A DNA stretch of 64,000 nt, taken from the NCBI RefSeq assembly GCF_900316895.1, contig NZ_ONER01000001.1:35500-99499 (forward strand). Reading direction: 5' to 3'. The translations under genes were made by a program, and so were the position numbers. Of this stretch, positions 47,175-56,829 are shown piece by piece. The notes beneath the pieces were generated by a model that was not told the DNA's origin, ran no database searches, and worked only from the letters and a program-made list of their open reading frames with translations. This DNA comes from an uncultured Methanobrevibacter sp. (GTDB lineage Archaea > Methanobacteriota > Methanobacteria > Methanobacteriales > Methanobacteriaceae). The number at the start of each line of letters is the position of its first letter. Position 1 is the stretch's first letter.

Positions 47175-48380
47175 TTAAATCTTTTTAGAAATCCTTTCAT
47201 AAATGTTTTTAGTCTTATATGAAAACCATCCCTGAGTGGTCTTGATTAATTTAATTTCATCTTTTAACTTCTTATTATCCTTTTTCAGACTGCCATTGAT
47301 ACTGATTTGCTCATTAACCTGTTTTCTTAAATTTCTATTTTTTGCGTTTAATTCCTTGATCTTATCCTTATAAGAACGCTCAGAACTAACCAATCTGATT
47401 AATGAGTCAAAATCCTCATTTAAAAACAGGTCATATTTCAGTTTATCGATATCCTCCAGATTAGTAAAGGATTCTTCTGGAAGAGTTTCGGCAAAAGGCC
47501 TTACATCATTGTCCATTATCTCAATATATTCCTTTTCGCACCTATCAAATTCATTAATATACTGCAATATATCAATTTCAACAAGTTTTTTATAGAATGT
47601 ATCCAATAAAGAAGAGTTTTTCTCCGAAGAGTTGAAAACATCCAATATTCTTTTTGAAATGGTGATTCTGTCCTTTAAATTTTTCAACTTGAAAACATTC
47701 TGTGTAACTGAATAATTTTCACTGGTTCTGACTCTCCAATAATAGTTAACATCAGGTAAAATTCCCAAACATTTGCTTGCACAAAAAAGCTCCATTGAAA
47801 ACAAAAGGTCTTCATATAACATATTTTCTAAAAATTTAAAACCTGAATCGTCGATTAAATCCTTTCTTATGAATTTTGACATACTAGTATCATAAATTAA
47901 AGTCTTATGCTCAAAAATATTGGTTTTTGAATAGGTTTTGTCATATCCTGCCTTGGAATGTAATACACAAGTCCATTCAACACCTTCATCATTGAAGCGA
48001 ATGGCATTGAAAACCACCAAGTCATGGTCATAATCTTTTGCAAATTTATAAAGTTTTTCATATGCATCTTCCTGAATTTTATCATCTGAATCCAGAAAAG
48101 TCACATATTCTCCGTTAGCTATATCTAAACCTTTATTTCTTGAAATTGATTGTCCTTGATTAGACTCATTTTCTATCAATATAATCCTATCATCCTTTTT
48201 AGAATACTCCTTTAAAATTTTAAGACAATCATCACTGGAGTTATCTTCAATGCAGATTATTTCAATGTCTTCAAGTGTCTGACTGATTATTGAATCCAAA
48301 CATTCTTCAAGATATTCTTCCGTATTATAAACCGGAACTATTACACTAACCAAAGGATTTTCAACACTCATATTAATCAT
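47175..48380 (-). CDS. GT2 glycosyltransferase with C-terminal coiled coil
   Basis: VSVIVPVYNTEEYLEECLDSIISQTLEDIEIICIEDNSSD...FLDSDD. C-terminus is KELNAKNRNLRKQVNEQ...KKLKDEIKLIKTTQGWFSYKTKNIYERISKKI. ATGA overlap with the upstream gene. Confidence 0.85.
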   Translation of the reverse strand: MINMSVENPLVSVIVPVYNTEEYLEECLDSIISQTLEDIEIICIEDNSSDDCLKILKEYSKKDDRIILIENESNQGQSISRNKGLDIANGEYVTFLDSDDKIQEDAYEKLYKFAKDYDHDLVVFNAIRFNDEGVEWTCVLHSKAGYDKTYSKTNIFEHKTLIYDTSMSKFIRKDLIDDSGFKFLENMLYEDLLFSMELFCASKCLGILPDVNYYWRVRTSENYSVTQNVFKLKNLKDRITISKRILDVFNSSEKNSSLLDTFYKKLVEIDILQYINEFDRCEKEYIEIMDNDVRPFAETLPEESFTNLEDIDKLKYDLFLNEDFDSLIRLVSSERSYKDKIKELNAKNRNLRKQVNEQISINGSLKKDNKKLKDEIKLIKTTQGWFSYKTKNIYERISKKI

Positions 48381-50230
48381 TTTAAGATTATCGCTATACT
48401 TCCATCATTATCTTCAAATATTCTAATCTTTTTACCATTATATTCGACAGTCCTCTCTTCAAAGTCAACAAATGCATCTTTCTTTAATTTAAACTTGTTT
48501 TTATGAATTTCAATGTTGAGATTGTATTTGGTATTCTCTTCAATAGAATATTTCCAAATCAATTCCAGTTCATTCTGCAATCTGATTTTAGGACTTTCAT
48601 CCTTTTTAGAGAAATAAACATTATCATATTTATAGTTTAAAGCAACTTTATAAATAGCTGCACCGTCAGTATGAGGAATTAAAGTCATTGATTGGCCATC
48701 CGCCCTGTAATCAAAGAAATTCCTGCAGTATCCCTTTGTAATTGAAAAGTTGCCTAATGATGTGAAATAGAATAGTAAATCTTTATTTTTATTCAAGTCG
48801 ACTATTTCATTATTTTCCTTATTAAAAAATCTTTCCTTGAATCTGAATATTTCATAATCATCATCATAAACCACTTTTAAATGAACGTCATAATTGTTGA
48901 TGTTTGTTATCTCATCAACATTTACCTTTCCTGAATATATGTGATCATCAACCTCATCCAATCCAAATTCAAAAATATTATTCGCCCTTAAAGAATCCCT
49001 CTTTGTCAATCCCATGAATGCGACTTTAACTTCATTGATTTTTAAATTCCGAGGCAATTTAATATTATTGAAGTAGATATATTTGGAATCCGCTGAAATG
49101 TCATCAATATCTATAAAATTATCTTCTGCTTTACCAATTTCAAACACTTCGTCAGGAATGTTATAATCAGGATTGTCGAAGTACTTAACATTCCAATATA
49201 GTTTTCCATCACGATAAACGGTTGAACGCTCATCCAAATCAAAGTTTAGGAAATCTTCCAAATCCTTGTCCATATCGTTCAATATGAAATAAAAGAACAG
49301 GTTATATCTTATTTCCAGATTATTATCATAAATGTCATCAATATCTGATAAAATGGCCTTAATTTCACTTAAATAAGCCTTTTTAAAGTTTTCATCTTTT
49401 AAAATACCTTTTATAGGGTAAAAGAATCTTTCAAGATATGTCTTTATCACATAACTGAAATACTGTTCCTTTCCAGCTTCCTTAAAGTAATCCTTAGCAT
49501 AATAATATGTAGAAAGCCTATCCTTCATGTTAGGTATGTCAAGTAAACTTTTACTGATTGATGTGTCACTGTTTCCTTCAATAATGTCCTCTTGGGCACG
49601 TCTACGCCAATAATAAACGACATCAGGGATAATGCTGATCTTGTCTGCAAAGGAATATGCCCTATAAACCAGCGGAACATCAGCATAAATCTTTCCGGGA
49701 ATCATGTAAATATCATGTTTTTCAACAAATTCCCTTCTGTAAATCTTGTTCCAATAAAAAACATCATAGTAAATCTCTTTGAATTCGTCGACAGTGAATG
49801 TCCTCTCTTCATCCCAGATATTATTTTTATAGGTGATTTCTCTTTGATACCTGCTCACATATTTGACAGGTTTTCCAGCAACAATGTCAGAATCAGTCTC
49901 CTTTGCTTTTTTGTATAACTTTTCATAGGCGTCTTCAACAACGATATCATCAGAATCAATAATTGCTACATATTCCCCTTTTGCAATTTTAAGACCATTG
50001 TTTCCTGCAACAGCCCCACCCTGATTTTTTTGGTCAATGATTGTTATATTATCATATTTTCTGGCATACTGCTTCAATATATTCAAACTGTTATCTGTAC
50101 TTTCATCATTGACACAAATGATTTCCATATCGTCCAATGTCTGATTAAGAAGTGAATCCAAACAGTCTTCCAAATAATATTCAGTATTATAAACTAAAAC
50201 AACAACAGATAATTTATATTCATTTGTCAT
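48377..50230 (-). CDS. GT2 glycosyltransferase with ~350-aa C-terminal extension of unknown function
   Basis: LSVVVLVYNTEYYLEDCLDSLLNQTLDDMEIICVNDESTDNS...IIDSDD. First ATG at 50230; upstream TTG/GTG alternatives run to 50248. Confidence 0.8.
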   Translation of the reverse strand: MTNEYKLSVVVLVYNTEYYLEDCLDSLLNQTLDDMEIICVNDESTDNSLNILKQYARKYDNITIIDQKNQGGAVAGNNGLKIAKGEYVAIIDSDDIVVEDAYEKLYKKAKETDSDIVAGKPVKYVSRYQREITYKNNIWDEERTFTVDEFKEIYYDVFYWNKIYRREFVEKHDIYMIPGKIYADVPLVYRAYSFADKISIIPDVVYYWRRRAQEDIIEGNSDTSISKSLLDIPNMKDRLSTYYYAKDYFKEAGKEQYFSYVIKTYLERFFYPIKGILKDENFKKAYLSEIKAILSDIDDIYDNNLEIRYNLFFYFILNDMDKDLEDFLNFDLDERSTVYRDGKLYWNVKYFDNPDYNIPDEVFEIGKAEDNFIDIDDISADSKYIYFNNIKLPRNLKINEVKVAFMGLTKRDSLRANNIFEFGLDEVDDHIYSGKVNVDEITNINNYDVHLKVVYDDDYEIFRFKERFFNKENNEIVDLNKNKDLLFYFTSLGNFSITKGYCRNFFDYRADGQSMTLIPHTDGAAIYKVALNYKYDNVYFSKKDESPKIRLQNELELIWKYSIEENTKYNLNIEIHKNKFKLKKDAFVDFEERTVEYNGKKIRIFEDNDGSIAIILK

Positions 50231-50235
50231 AAATC

Positions 50236-51552
50236 TCACATTCTCCAATCAATTAATGATTCAATAGCATCCAAATCAAATACAGGCAATTTTAGTTTAT
50301 TTGAAATAACCATCCTTTCGGAAAATGAATCGTCGATAAATATTGCAGATACATCGTTATCCATGTATTTATATTTGTCATCTTCTTTTGATAATGTAAT
50401 TATCTCATCAAATAGATTAATATCTATTTTTAACTCTTTTAATGTCTCTTTAATATCTTTAATGTGTTTTGTAATTAAAATTATCTCCTTTCTTTCATTT
50501 ACACACTGATACAGGAACATCATGAGAAAGGTGTTGATTTTTCCTTTAACAAAAACAGTATCATCAAAATCAATGTACACCCTGTCGTAATCAATTTCAT
50601 AATTAAATCTATTGGTTAATGCCCTGTCAATGGTTAACCTGTTTTCATTGGTCAATACCTTAACATCAATTCCCAAATGAGCATATAATGTTAAAAGAGG
50701 AAAGTTGATACCTGTATTTCTGTGCAATGCCATTGTTCCGGCAATTCTTGGTGCGATTTCCAATAATTTATACTGATTATTCTTATCCTTTTTAAGCTGG
50801 AAGAACCATGCCCCATCAAAAGTTAATTTTGAATTGATTATTTCTGCAATCTCTTTAATAGATTCTTCAGTTTGAACAGTTATTGCATTTACGCTAATTC
50901 CATCTTTTACGCGAATCCTTTGCCTTTTTTCACAGTACAATAATTTACCTTTGGCAGAAAAACAATCAATTGTGTATTCTTCATTAGGAAGGTATTCAAC
51001 TGCAATCAATCCCGGATTTTCCGTGAAATGATGTTTCAAATCATCGACATTATTGGCAATGGCAACTCCCTTGGCTCCCTGACCTACATCAGGCTTTAAA
51101 AAAATTGGGAATTCCCCATCAGTCTGCTTTCTGACATGATCCAAATCATCGAAACTGTCTTTGGAAATGTCATACAATTTAGGAATGAAATCAAATTCCC
51201 TGAAAAATTTATATGTTTTGCTTTTGGATCTGCAAACGTCACATGTTTTGCTATTTGAAACAACAACATGGGCCTTCAAATCATCCTTGAGTTCTGAAAG
51301 CTTCAATACGACATCATCATGTGCAGGATATATCAAATCAATACCATTCTTTTCAATAGCTTCATTCAGGAAGTCCAACAAGCCGTCATCATCAATGAAT
51401 GGAATGTCTGGGATATAATTTTCATATACAAACTTGCCGTGGTCGTCTACACTGGAGCCGCCGTACAGCTTAAAATCCTTACTGTATTTTAAAGCATTGT
51501 GAATTTCTAAACCAATCTCAGAACCGCAGGGAAACACTAAAACATTTTTCAT
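50236..51552 (-). CDS. ATP-grasp ligase domain fused to a HAD-like phosphatase domain
   Basis: The N-terminal ~310 aa has an ATP-grasp-like layout (FLKPDVGQGAKGV...AVEYLPNEEYTIDCF...LLEIAPRIAGT, cf. the E-I-N-P-R motif). The C-terminus carries HAD motifs YIDFDDTVF (DxDxT), ILITKH and IFIDDSFSE. Confidence 0.65.
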   Translation of the reverse strand: MKNVLVFPCGSEIGLEIHNALKYSKDFKLYGGSSVDDHGKFVYENYIPDIPFIDDDGLLDFLNEAIEKNGIDLIYPAHDDVVLKLSELKDDLKAHVVVSNSKTCDVCRSKSKTYKFFREFDFIPKLYDISKDSFDDLDHVRKQTDGEFPIFLKPDVGQGAKGVAIANNVDDLKHHFTENPGLIAVEYLPNEEYTIDCFSAKGKLLYCEKRQRIRVKDGISVNAITVQTEESIKEIAEIINSKLTFDGAWFFQLKKDKNNQYKLLEIAPRIAGTMALHRNTGINFPLLTLYAHLGIDVKVLTNENRLTIDRALTNRFNYEIDYDRVYIDFDDTVFVKGKINTFLMMFLYQCVNERKEIILITKHIKDIKETLKELKIDINLFDEIITLSKEDDKYKYMDNDVSAIFIDDSFSERMVISNKLKLPVFDLDAIESLIDWRM

Positions 51553-51564
51553 ACTATCAACAAA

Positions 51565-52548
51565 TCATTCAAAATTATCATTAATCTCTTCAAACTTAAT
51601 AATCTCATTTTCAAAGATTTCAACAATACCAGGATATTTTCTGAGCCTTCCCATTCTTTGATGGAATGTCAGGACCTTAGGTATATTCCAATAATTACCG
51701 TAATAAGTTTTTAAATAATAATCCTTATCATTTGGACCTGGGAACTCATATTTACCAAATTGAACACGTTTAAATGGCTGCATCTTATCGGTTTCAAAAA
51801 CTTTGAGTTTTAAAATCCTTTTTGGTCCTTGAGGACCTTCTACACCATTCAGCATGTGATTGGTCCTATCCCATGTCAGATCCATGTTCTCATGATATCT
51901 TTCAACTGTGGCATCATAATCGCCAATTTCCACAATATCATGATAGAATTTCAATCTCGCATCCTCATACTTCTGACCGATATCCTCACCATTATATTGC
52001 TTCATATAGTCATATGGGAAAACATCAAGTGCGGTCAAATCAACTCCTCCGCCACTTAATGTATTGTAATAGAATAACTGTAAAAATGAAGTTGCACCTT
52101 CAACAAAGGCGTTTCTTTGCCTGAAATTGATTTTTATATTATCCTTAAGGCCATTTCTTTCAAGCTCTTCGGGAAGAACATCAACCAATTTGTTATAATC
52201 CTCCCTCATCATTCCGGAGTCCATATCATCATCCCATGGAATGAAACCGTCATGCCTGATAGCTCCTAAAAATGTACCTCCCTCAATCATCCACTCCAAA
52301 TCATACTTCATGCATACGTTATCCATGAATCTCAACAATTCCAAGGACAAGTCCCTGAAACTTTGAAGCAAAGGACTTGGAGTCAACTCATAATCAAGAA
52401 AGATTGTATTAAACAGTCTATTATTGGAGTCATTGGCTTTTTCAAGTCTCTCAACTTTTTTAGTTAAAACATCAACCTGATTTTTATAATATTTAAGTGA
52501 ACCGCTATTGTTTATTAATTTCTTTGCAAATTTTTGTTTTAAACCCAT
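51565..52548 (-). CDS. licD: LicD-family phosphotransferase (phosphocholine / polyol-phosphate transferase family)
   Basis: EGGTFLGAIRHDGFIPWDDDMDSGM is the LicD signature (DxD). N-terminal coiled-coil leader. Confidence 0.8.
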   Translation of the reverse strand: MGLKQKFAKKLINNSGSLKYYKNQVDVLTKKVERLEKANDSNNRLFNTIFLDYELTPSPLLQSFRDLSLELLRFMDNVCMKYDLEWMIEGGTFLGAIRHDGFIPWDDDMDSGMMREDYNKLVDVLPEELERNGLKDNIKINFRQRNAFVEGATSFLQLFYYNTLSGGGVDLTALDVFPYDYMKQYNGEDIGQKYEDARLKFYHDIVEIGDYDATVERYHENMDLTWDRTNHMLNGVEGPQGPKRILKLKVFETDKMQPFKRVQFGKYEFPGPNDKDYYLKTYYGNYWNIPKVLTFHQRMGRLRKYPGIVEIFENEIIKFEEINDNFE

Positions 52549-52557
52549 CGAAACACC

Positions 52558-54579
52558 CTAATTGAATATTTTCTTAATAATTTTTTCTGAAGAATCACCA
52601 TCACATAAGCTGCAAAATCTTTGATAAAACTCGTCATACTTGTCAGCAAAGTCATTTGAGATTTCATCAATATTTTTAATAGTGTCAATTAATTGATCAT
52701 TATCTTTTATAAGTGGACCTGGAAGTTCCTTTTCCATATTCAAATATAATCCTCTAACATTTTCAATATAATGATTTAAGTCAGGCACGAAAAATAGAAT
52801 TGGCCTTCTTGAATGTGCGTAATCAAAGAATACAGAGGAATAATCAGTAATTAAAATATCTGACAGGATATACAGCTCTTGAACATCATCATAACTTGAC
52901 AAGTCAATAGCGAAATCCTTCATTTTCTCATCAATGTGAAGATTTTCAGATACCAAATGATGCATCTTTAAAATGATTACATATTCATCGGAAAATTCCT
53001 CATATAACCTTTCCAAATCAATCTCTAAATTGAAGTAATGTTGCCAGGAGTCATTTTTCTCATCATCTTTCCATGTTGGGGCATACAATATAATTTTTTT
53101 ATTCTCATCAATATTGAGTTTGGATTTCAAATCTTTGACAAATTCATCATTATCCTTAAAGAAAATGTCATTTATAGGATATCCTAACTCCAAAACTTCC
53201 TTATTGTATTTAAACGCCCTTTTAAAAATTTTTGTAGAATAAGTGTTTGAAGACAATAAATAATCCCAGTTTCTGGACTCATTGAAGAAATTCTGTCTGC
53301 CCTGAACTTCGGGCCCAGGAATGGTAATGTCAAAACCCAATTTCTTAAGTGGAGTACCGTGCCAGGTCTGTAAATAAACATTGCCCGGCCTTTTTGTGTG
53401 AATTGGAAATATGATATTATTTACCCAATATTTTGACAATGCGAGGTATTTGTAGTAGTCTCCAGGCTGGAATCTATCAACAATTATAGGATTTCCAGGA
53501 ATTATATCTTTATTTTCACCTGAATATGCCCAGACAAAAGTATATTTTTTATCCAAACCCATTTCAAGCATTTTTTCATAAATATATTTTGGATTACCGC
53601 TATATGCATTCCCAAAAAAGCTTTCAAAGAAAATCATATTCTCATCTATTCTGTTTTTGGAAGCCTCTTCATAGATTGTTCTTCCGCATGCAATTGTATA
53701 TGATCTCCACCAAGCCGCCTCGGTTGTAATCCATAATGCCAGTGAATGTTTATTTTCAGTAGCGTAATAAGAATAGACATTGCCGTCAACATCAAGTTTA
53801 ATCAGGAATCTGTCTTCATCATTTTCAAAGTATTTGAATGTTGATAAAACAATTAAAGACTGATAATATATATCATCATCATAAAGTCTCAGATAAAAAT
53901 CCATTCTTAAATCAAGGATTGATTTATCTGAACTATTTATTTTGTCGATTATTCCTTCAAAAGTATATTTTTTATTATTTGATTCATCAGGGCTGAATTT
54001 CATGTCGAAAATGTTACTTTGACTGTCCAGCCTATGATTTGCCATGATCGTAACCCTGTCAATATTCTCAATATCATCATTTAATACTTCAAAATCCCCT
54101 TTAATCAGGATATTATTATCATCAATGCTCTCCAAATGGGTAATATTATAATCAAAATCTATATCATCAATTTTTATTGACAGGTTCCCGAAATTTGTTT
54201 TATATGAATTTAATACCAGATGCTTTTCTCTGGATATGGCCTTAAAGAATTGGTTTGAAGGAATGAACTTTACCCTCTTTTTATAGAACAAATCATTTGA
54301 TTTGAATTTAAAATAAAAATCCAATGCTCCGCTTTGAGTCATTTCCACCAGTTCAGAAATTTCAAACACGGCAGTTGAAGATTTTACTTTACGCAACAAT
54401 CTTTTACCACTTGACCTGTGTTTAATTTCAATGAATGAATTTGGCATGACCCTTTTGGTTGTTTTGACTATTATATTTCCATCCTGTAAAGACAACTCAA
54501 CGGTAGGCACTGAATAATAGCTGAAATACTTATTTAAGAGTTTTTTAGCAATTTTTTTACCCTTACTTTTGATACTCAT
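52558..54579 (-). CDS. TagF-like glycerophosphotransferase with ~290-aa N-terminal extension
   Basis: QTWHGTPLKKLG, LYAPTWKDD, ITDYSSVFFDYA. RBS GGTG. Confidence 0.85.
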   Translation of the reverse strand: MSIKSKGKKIAKKLLNKYFSYYSVPTVELSLQDGNIIVKTTKRVMPNSFIEIKHRSSGKRLLRKVKSSTAVFEISELVEMTQSGALDFYFKFKSNDLFYKKRVKFIPSNQFFKAISREKHLVLNSYKTNFGNLSIKIDDIDFDYNITHLESIDDNNILIKGDFEVLNDDIENIDRVTIMANHRLDSQSNIFDMKFSPDESNNKKYTFEGIIDKINSSDKSILDLRMDFYLRLYDDDIYYQSLIVLSTFKYFENDEDRFLIKLDVDGNVYSYYATENKHSLALWITTEAAWWRSYTIACGRTIYEEASKNRIDENMIFFESFFGNAYSGNPKYIYEKMLEMGLDKKYTFVWAYSGENKDIIPGNPIIVDRFQPGDYYKYLALSKYWVNNIIFPIHTKRPGNVYLQTWHGTPLKKLGFDITIPGPEVQGRQNFFNESRNWDYLLSSNTYSTKIFKRAFKYNKEVLELGYPINDIFFKDNDEFVKDLKSKLNIDENKKIILYAPTWKDDEKNDSWQHYFNLEIDLERLYEEFSDEYVIILKMHHLVSENLHIDEKMKDFAIDLSSYDDVQELYILSDILITDYSSVFFDYAHSRRPILFFVPDLNHYIENVRGLYLNMEKELPGPLIKDNDQLIDTIKNIDEISNDFADKYDEFYQRFCSLCDGDSSEKIIKKIFN

Positions 54580-54595
54580 GAATAAAACACCACAA

Positions 54596-55714
54596 TCATT
54601 TCAATTCGATTTCAATGATTTTACAAATTTTTTCAACATCCTCAACAGTCAAATCCAAATATAAAGGTAATGAAAGGATTGTATCACTGACATTTTTGGC
54701 AATTGGCGTATTTTTTTCAAAATCGTATGCTGGAAATTCATTGCATGGAGGATAGAAATATCTTTTAGCGTAAACATTATATTCAGGCAATTTATTAAAT
54801 AAATGATCCTTTTCATCAAATGTATTCAATTTAATTGTGAAATATGCATAATTATATTCGACATTGTCTTTAGGTCTTAAAACTTTAACCCTGCCCTGGT
54901 CTTCAAGATTTGACAGGCATTCCAAATATTTCTCATAAATTATCTTTCTTTTGGCAATTGCGCTTTCAACATATTCCAAGTTGATTAAACCCATTGCTGC
55001 TTCAAACTCATTCATTTTGGCATTTACGCCTAAAAATTGCACTTCCTCATTATCGGGAGTGATTCCGAAGTTTTTAATTGACCTAAATTTATAAGTTAAA
55101 TCATTATCATCATACATCAATGCTCCGCCTTCAATAGTATTGAACACCTTTGTTGCATGGAAACTAAACATGCTGATATCACCATAGGAACCGATAGGAT
55201 TACCGTCTATCTTAACATTAAAGGCATGGGCAGCATCATAGATTACTTTCAAATCATTCCTTTTAGCAATTTTTTCAATTTTATCAACATCACAAGGATT
55301 TCCGAATACGTGGACAGGAATGATTGCGGAAGTCTTATCAGTAATCAAATCTTCAATATTGTCAGGGTCAAGATTATAATATTCCTCATCCACATCTGCA
55401 TAAACGGGGGTTAAACCATTGTTAATAATTGCTTGAGTGGTTGAAGCGAAGGTGAATGGAGTTGTAATGACTTCTCCGGTTAAGCCCAATGCTTTTATAG
55501 CCACTTCCAATGAGGCATGACCATTTACAAAAAATTCAATATTTTTTACATCAAGGAAATCTTTAAGTTTTTCCTGGAATTCACGTTCTAACGGCCCATA
55601 ATTAGTTATCCAATTATTGTCCCAAATCTCTTTTAGTCTTTTTTCGTATTCTTCGATTGGAGGCAATAACGGTCTTGTAACAAGTATTGGCTCTTTAAAT
55701 TTTAAATCCTTCAT
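54596..55714 (-). CDS. DegT/DnrJ/EryC1/StrS-family PLP-dependent sugar aminotransferase
   Basis: GHASLEVAIKALGL, DAAHAF, and SFHATKVFNTIEGGAL (PLP lysine). RBS AGAGGA. First gene of a tightly packed 8-gene operon. Confidence 0.85.
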   Translation of the reverse strand: MKDLKFKEPILVTRPLLPPIEEYEKRLKEIWDNNWITNYGPLEREFQEKLKDFLDVKNIEFFVNGHASLEVAIKALGLTGEVITTPFTFASTTQAIINNGLTPVYADVDEEYYNLDPDNIEDLITDKTSAIIPVHVFGNPCDVDKIEKIAKRNDLKVIYDAAHAFNVKIDGNPIGSYGDISMFSFHATKVFNTIEGGALMYDDNDLTYKFRSIKNFGITPDNEEVQFLGVNAKMNEFEAAMGLINLEYVESAIAKRKIIYEKYLECLSNLEDQGRVKVLRPKDNVEYNYAYFTIKLNTFDEKDHLFNKLPEYNVYAKRYFYPPCNEFPAYDFEKNTPIAKNVSDTILSLPLYLDLTVEDVEKICKIIEIELK

Positions 55715-55856
55715 AATATCCTCTGTGATAAAATTGATAAAATAATTTATTATTCTATAGTTTATTTGTTTTTTATATTATTAATACTTAAAGAAAAAAA
55801 GCCCTTTTAAATCATTTAAAATTTGTAAAAATTAGATTTTAACTTAATTTATCATG

Positions 55857-55864
55857 AAAAAAAA
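55857..55864 (-). terminator. Oligo-T (T8) tract just after the stop of 55870..56268
   Basis: Minus strand reads TAA-TTCTA-TTTTTTTT. Archaeal RNA polymerase terminates at oligo-T. It separates the small protein gene from the glycan operon. Confidence 0.4.
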
Positions 55865-55869
55865 TAGAA

Positions 55870-56268
55870 TTAGTAATCGTAATTTGAATATCCATCATCG
55901 ATTACTAATGCATCTACGCCATGATAAGGTTTATTGAATAAAGTTCCGTTATAATTTGTATGAATTGTATAATTCCCGTTTTCAAATGTGGACAGCACAA
56001 CTGATCCTTCACCAGAATCATCAGTAACCACATCATAGTAATTTGCCCAACCAGATTCATCCAAAATTTTAATTTGAACTGACTCTCCAGGATAAACGTT
56101 CCTATATTCATCAGTCAGAACTATCTGAACCGCATCTCCATTTTTAAGAGTGGAATTACTGGTCACATCCACTTTGGTATTGTGAGAATTGGCCTGGACA
56201 AATAGAAATCCACCAATGAGAATTATTAAAATTATAACAACCACAGTTATGATAGTTTTTGAGTTCAT
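55870..56268 (-). CDS. Small N-terminally anchored extracellular protein (Ig-like fold suspected)
   Basis: TM segment IITVVVIILIILIGGFLFV followed by a beta-rich ~100-aa domain. RBS GGTGG. Confidence 0.6.
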   Translation of the reverse strand: MNSKTIITVVVIILIILIGGFLFVQANSHNTKVDVTSNSTLKNGDAVQIVLTDEYRNVYPGESVQIKILDESGWANYYDVVTDDSGEGSVVLSTFENGNYTIHTNYNGTLFNKPYHGVDALVIDDGYSNYDY

Positions 56269-56275
56269 ATTCCAC

Positions 56276-56701
56276 CTAATTATTGTGAACTAACAATACA
56301 TCAATGTCAGAGTTTTTAAGTACCTTTTCGGCTACACTTCCAAGGACTAATCTGTGAAGTCCGCTTTTACCGGATGCAGAGATTATAATCAAGTCGACAT
56401 CCTCTTCATCTGCAACTTCTTTGATTTTTTCAGCAGGAAAACCTGTTACAACCATTTTTGTAACATTTATATCATCACTGAATTTAGCAGCCATATTATC
56501 TACAAATCTTTTAGCATCCTTTTTGAGTTTTTCATTTGCTTTTTTAACCTTTCTTCTAGGTTGAAAAGCGCTAGATGTTAATATACCCGCAACAGATAAA
56601 ATAATTACTTCACCATCTTCAGCAAGTAAATTATTAACTCTTTCAACTTCTTGATCTGCATAGGTTGAACCATCAGTAGGTAATAATATTTTCTTATACA
56701 T
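56276..56701 (-). CDS. Universal stress protein (UspA family)
   Basis: KKILLPTDGS...DLIIISASGKSGLHRLVLGSVAEKVLKNSDIDVLLV. Confidence 0.85.
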   Translation of the reverse strand: MYKKILLPTDGSTYADQEVERVNNLLAEDGEVIILSVAGILTSSAFQPRRKVKKANEKLKKDAKRFVDNMAAKFSDDINVTKMVVTGFPAEKIKEVADEEDVDLIIISASGKSGLHRLVLGSVAEKVLKNSDIDVLLVHNN

Positions 56702-56829
56702 TTGCTTGCACCTTTATTATGTAAATATAATTTTGTACTTCATAGTTAATAATAGTTAGTGAAAATGAACATTAATATAGAGAACTGAATTCCTAGAAAA
56801 TAATTTGAAAAAATATATTAAAAAAAAGA

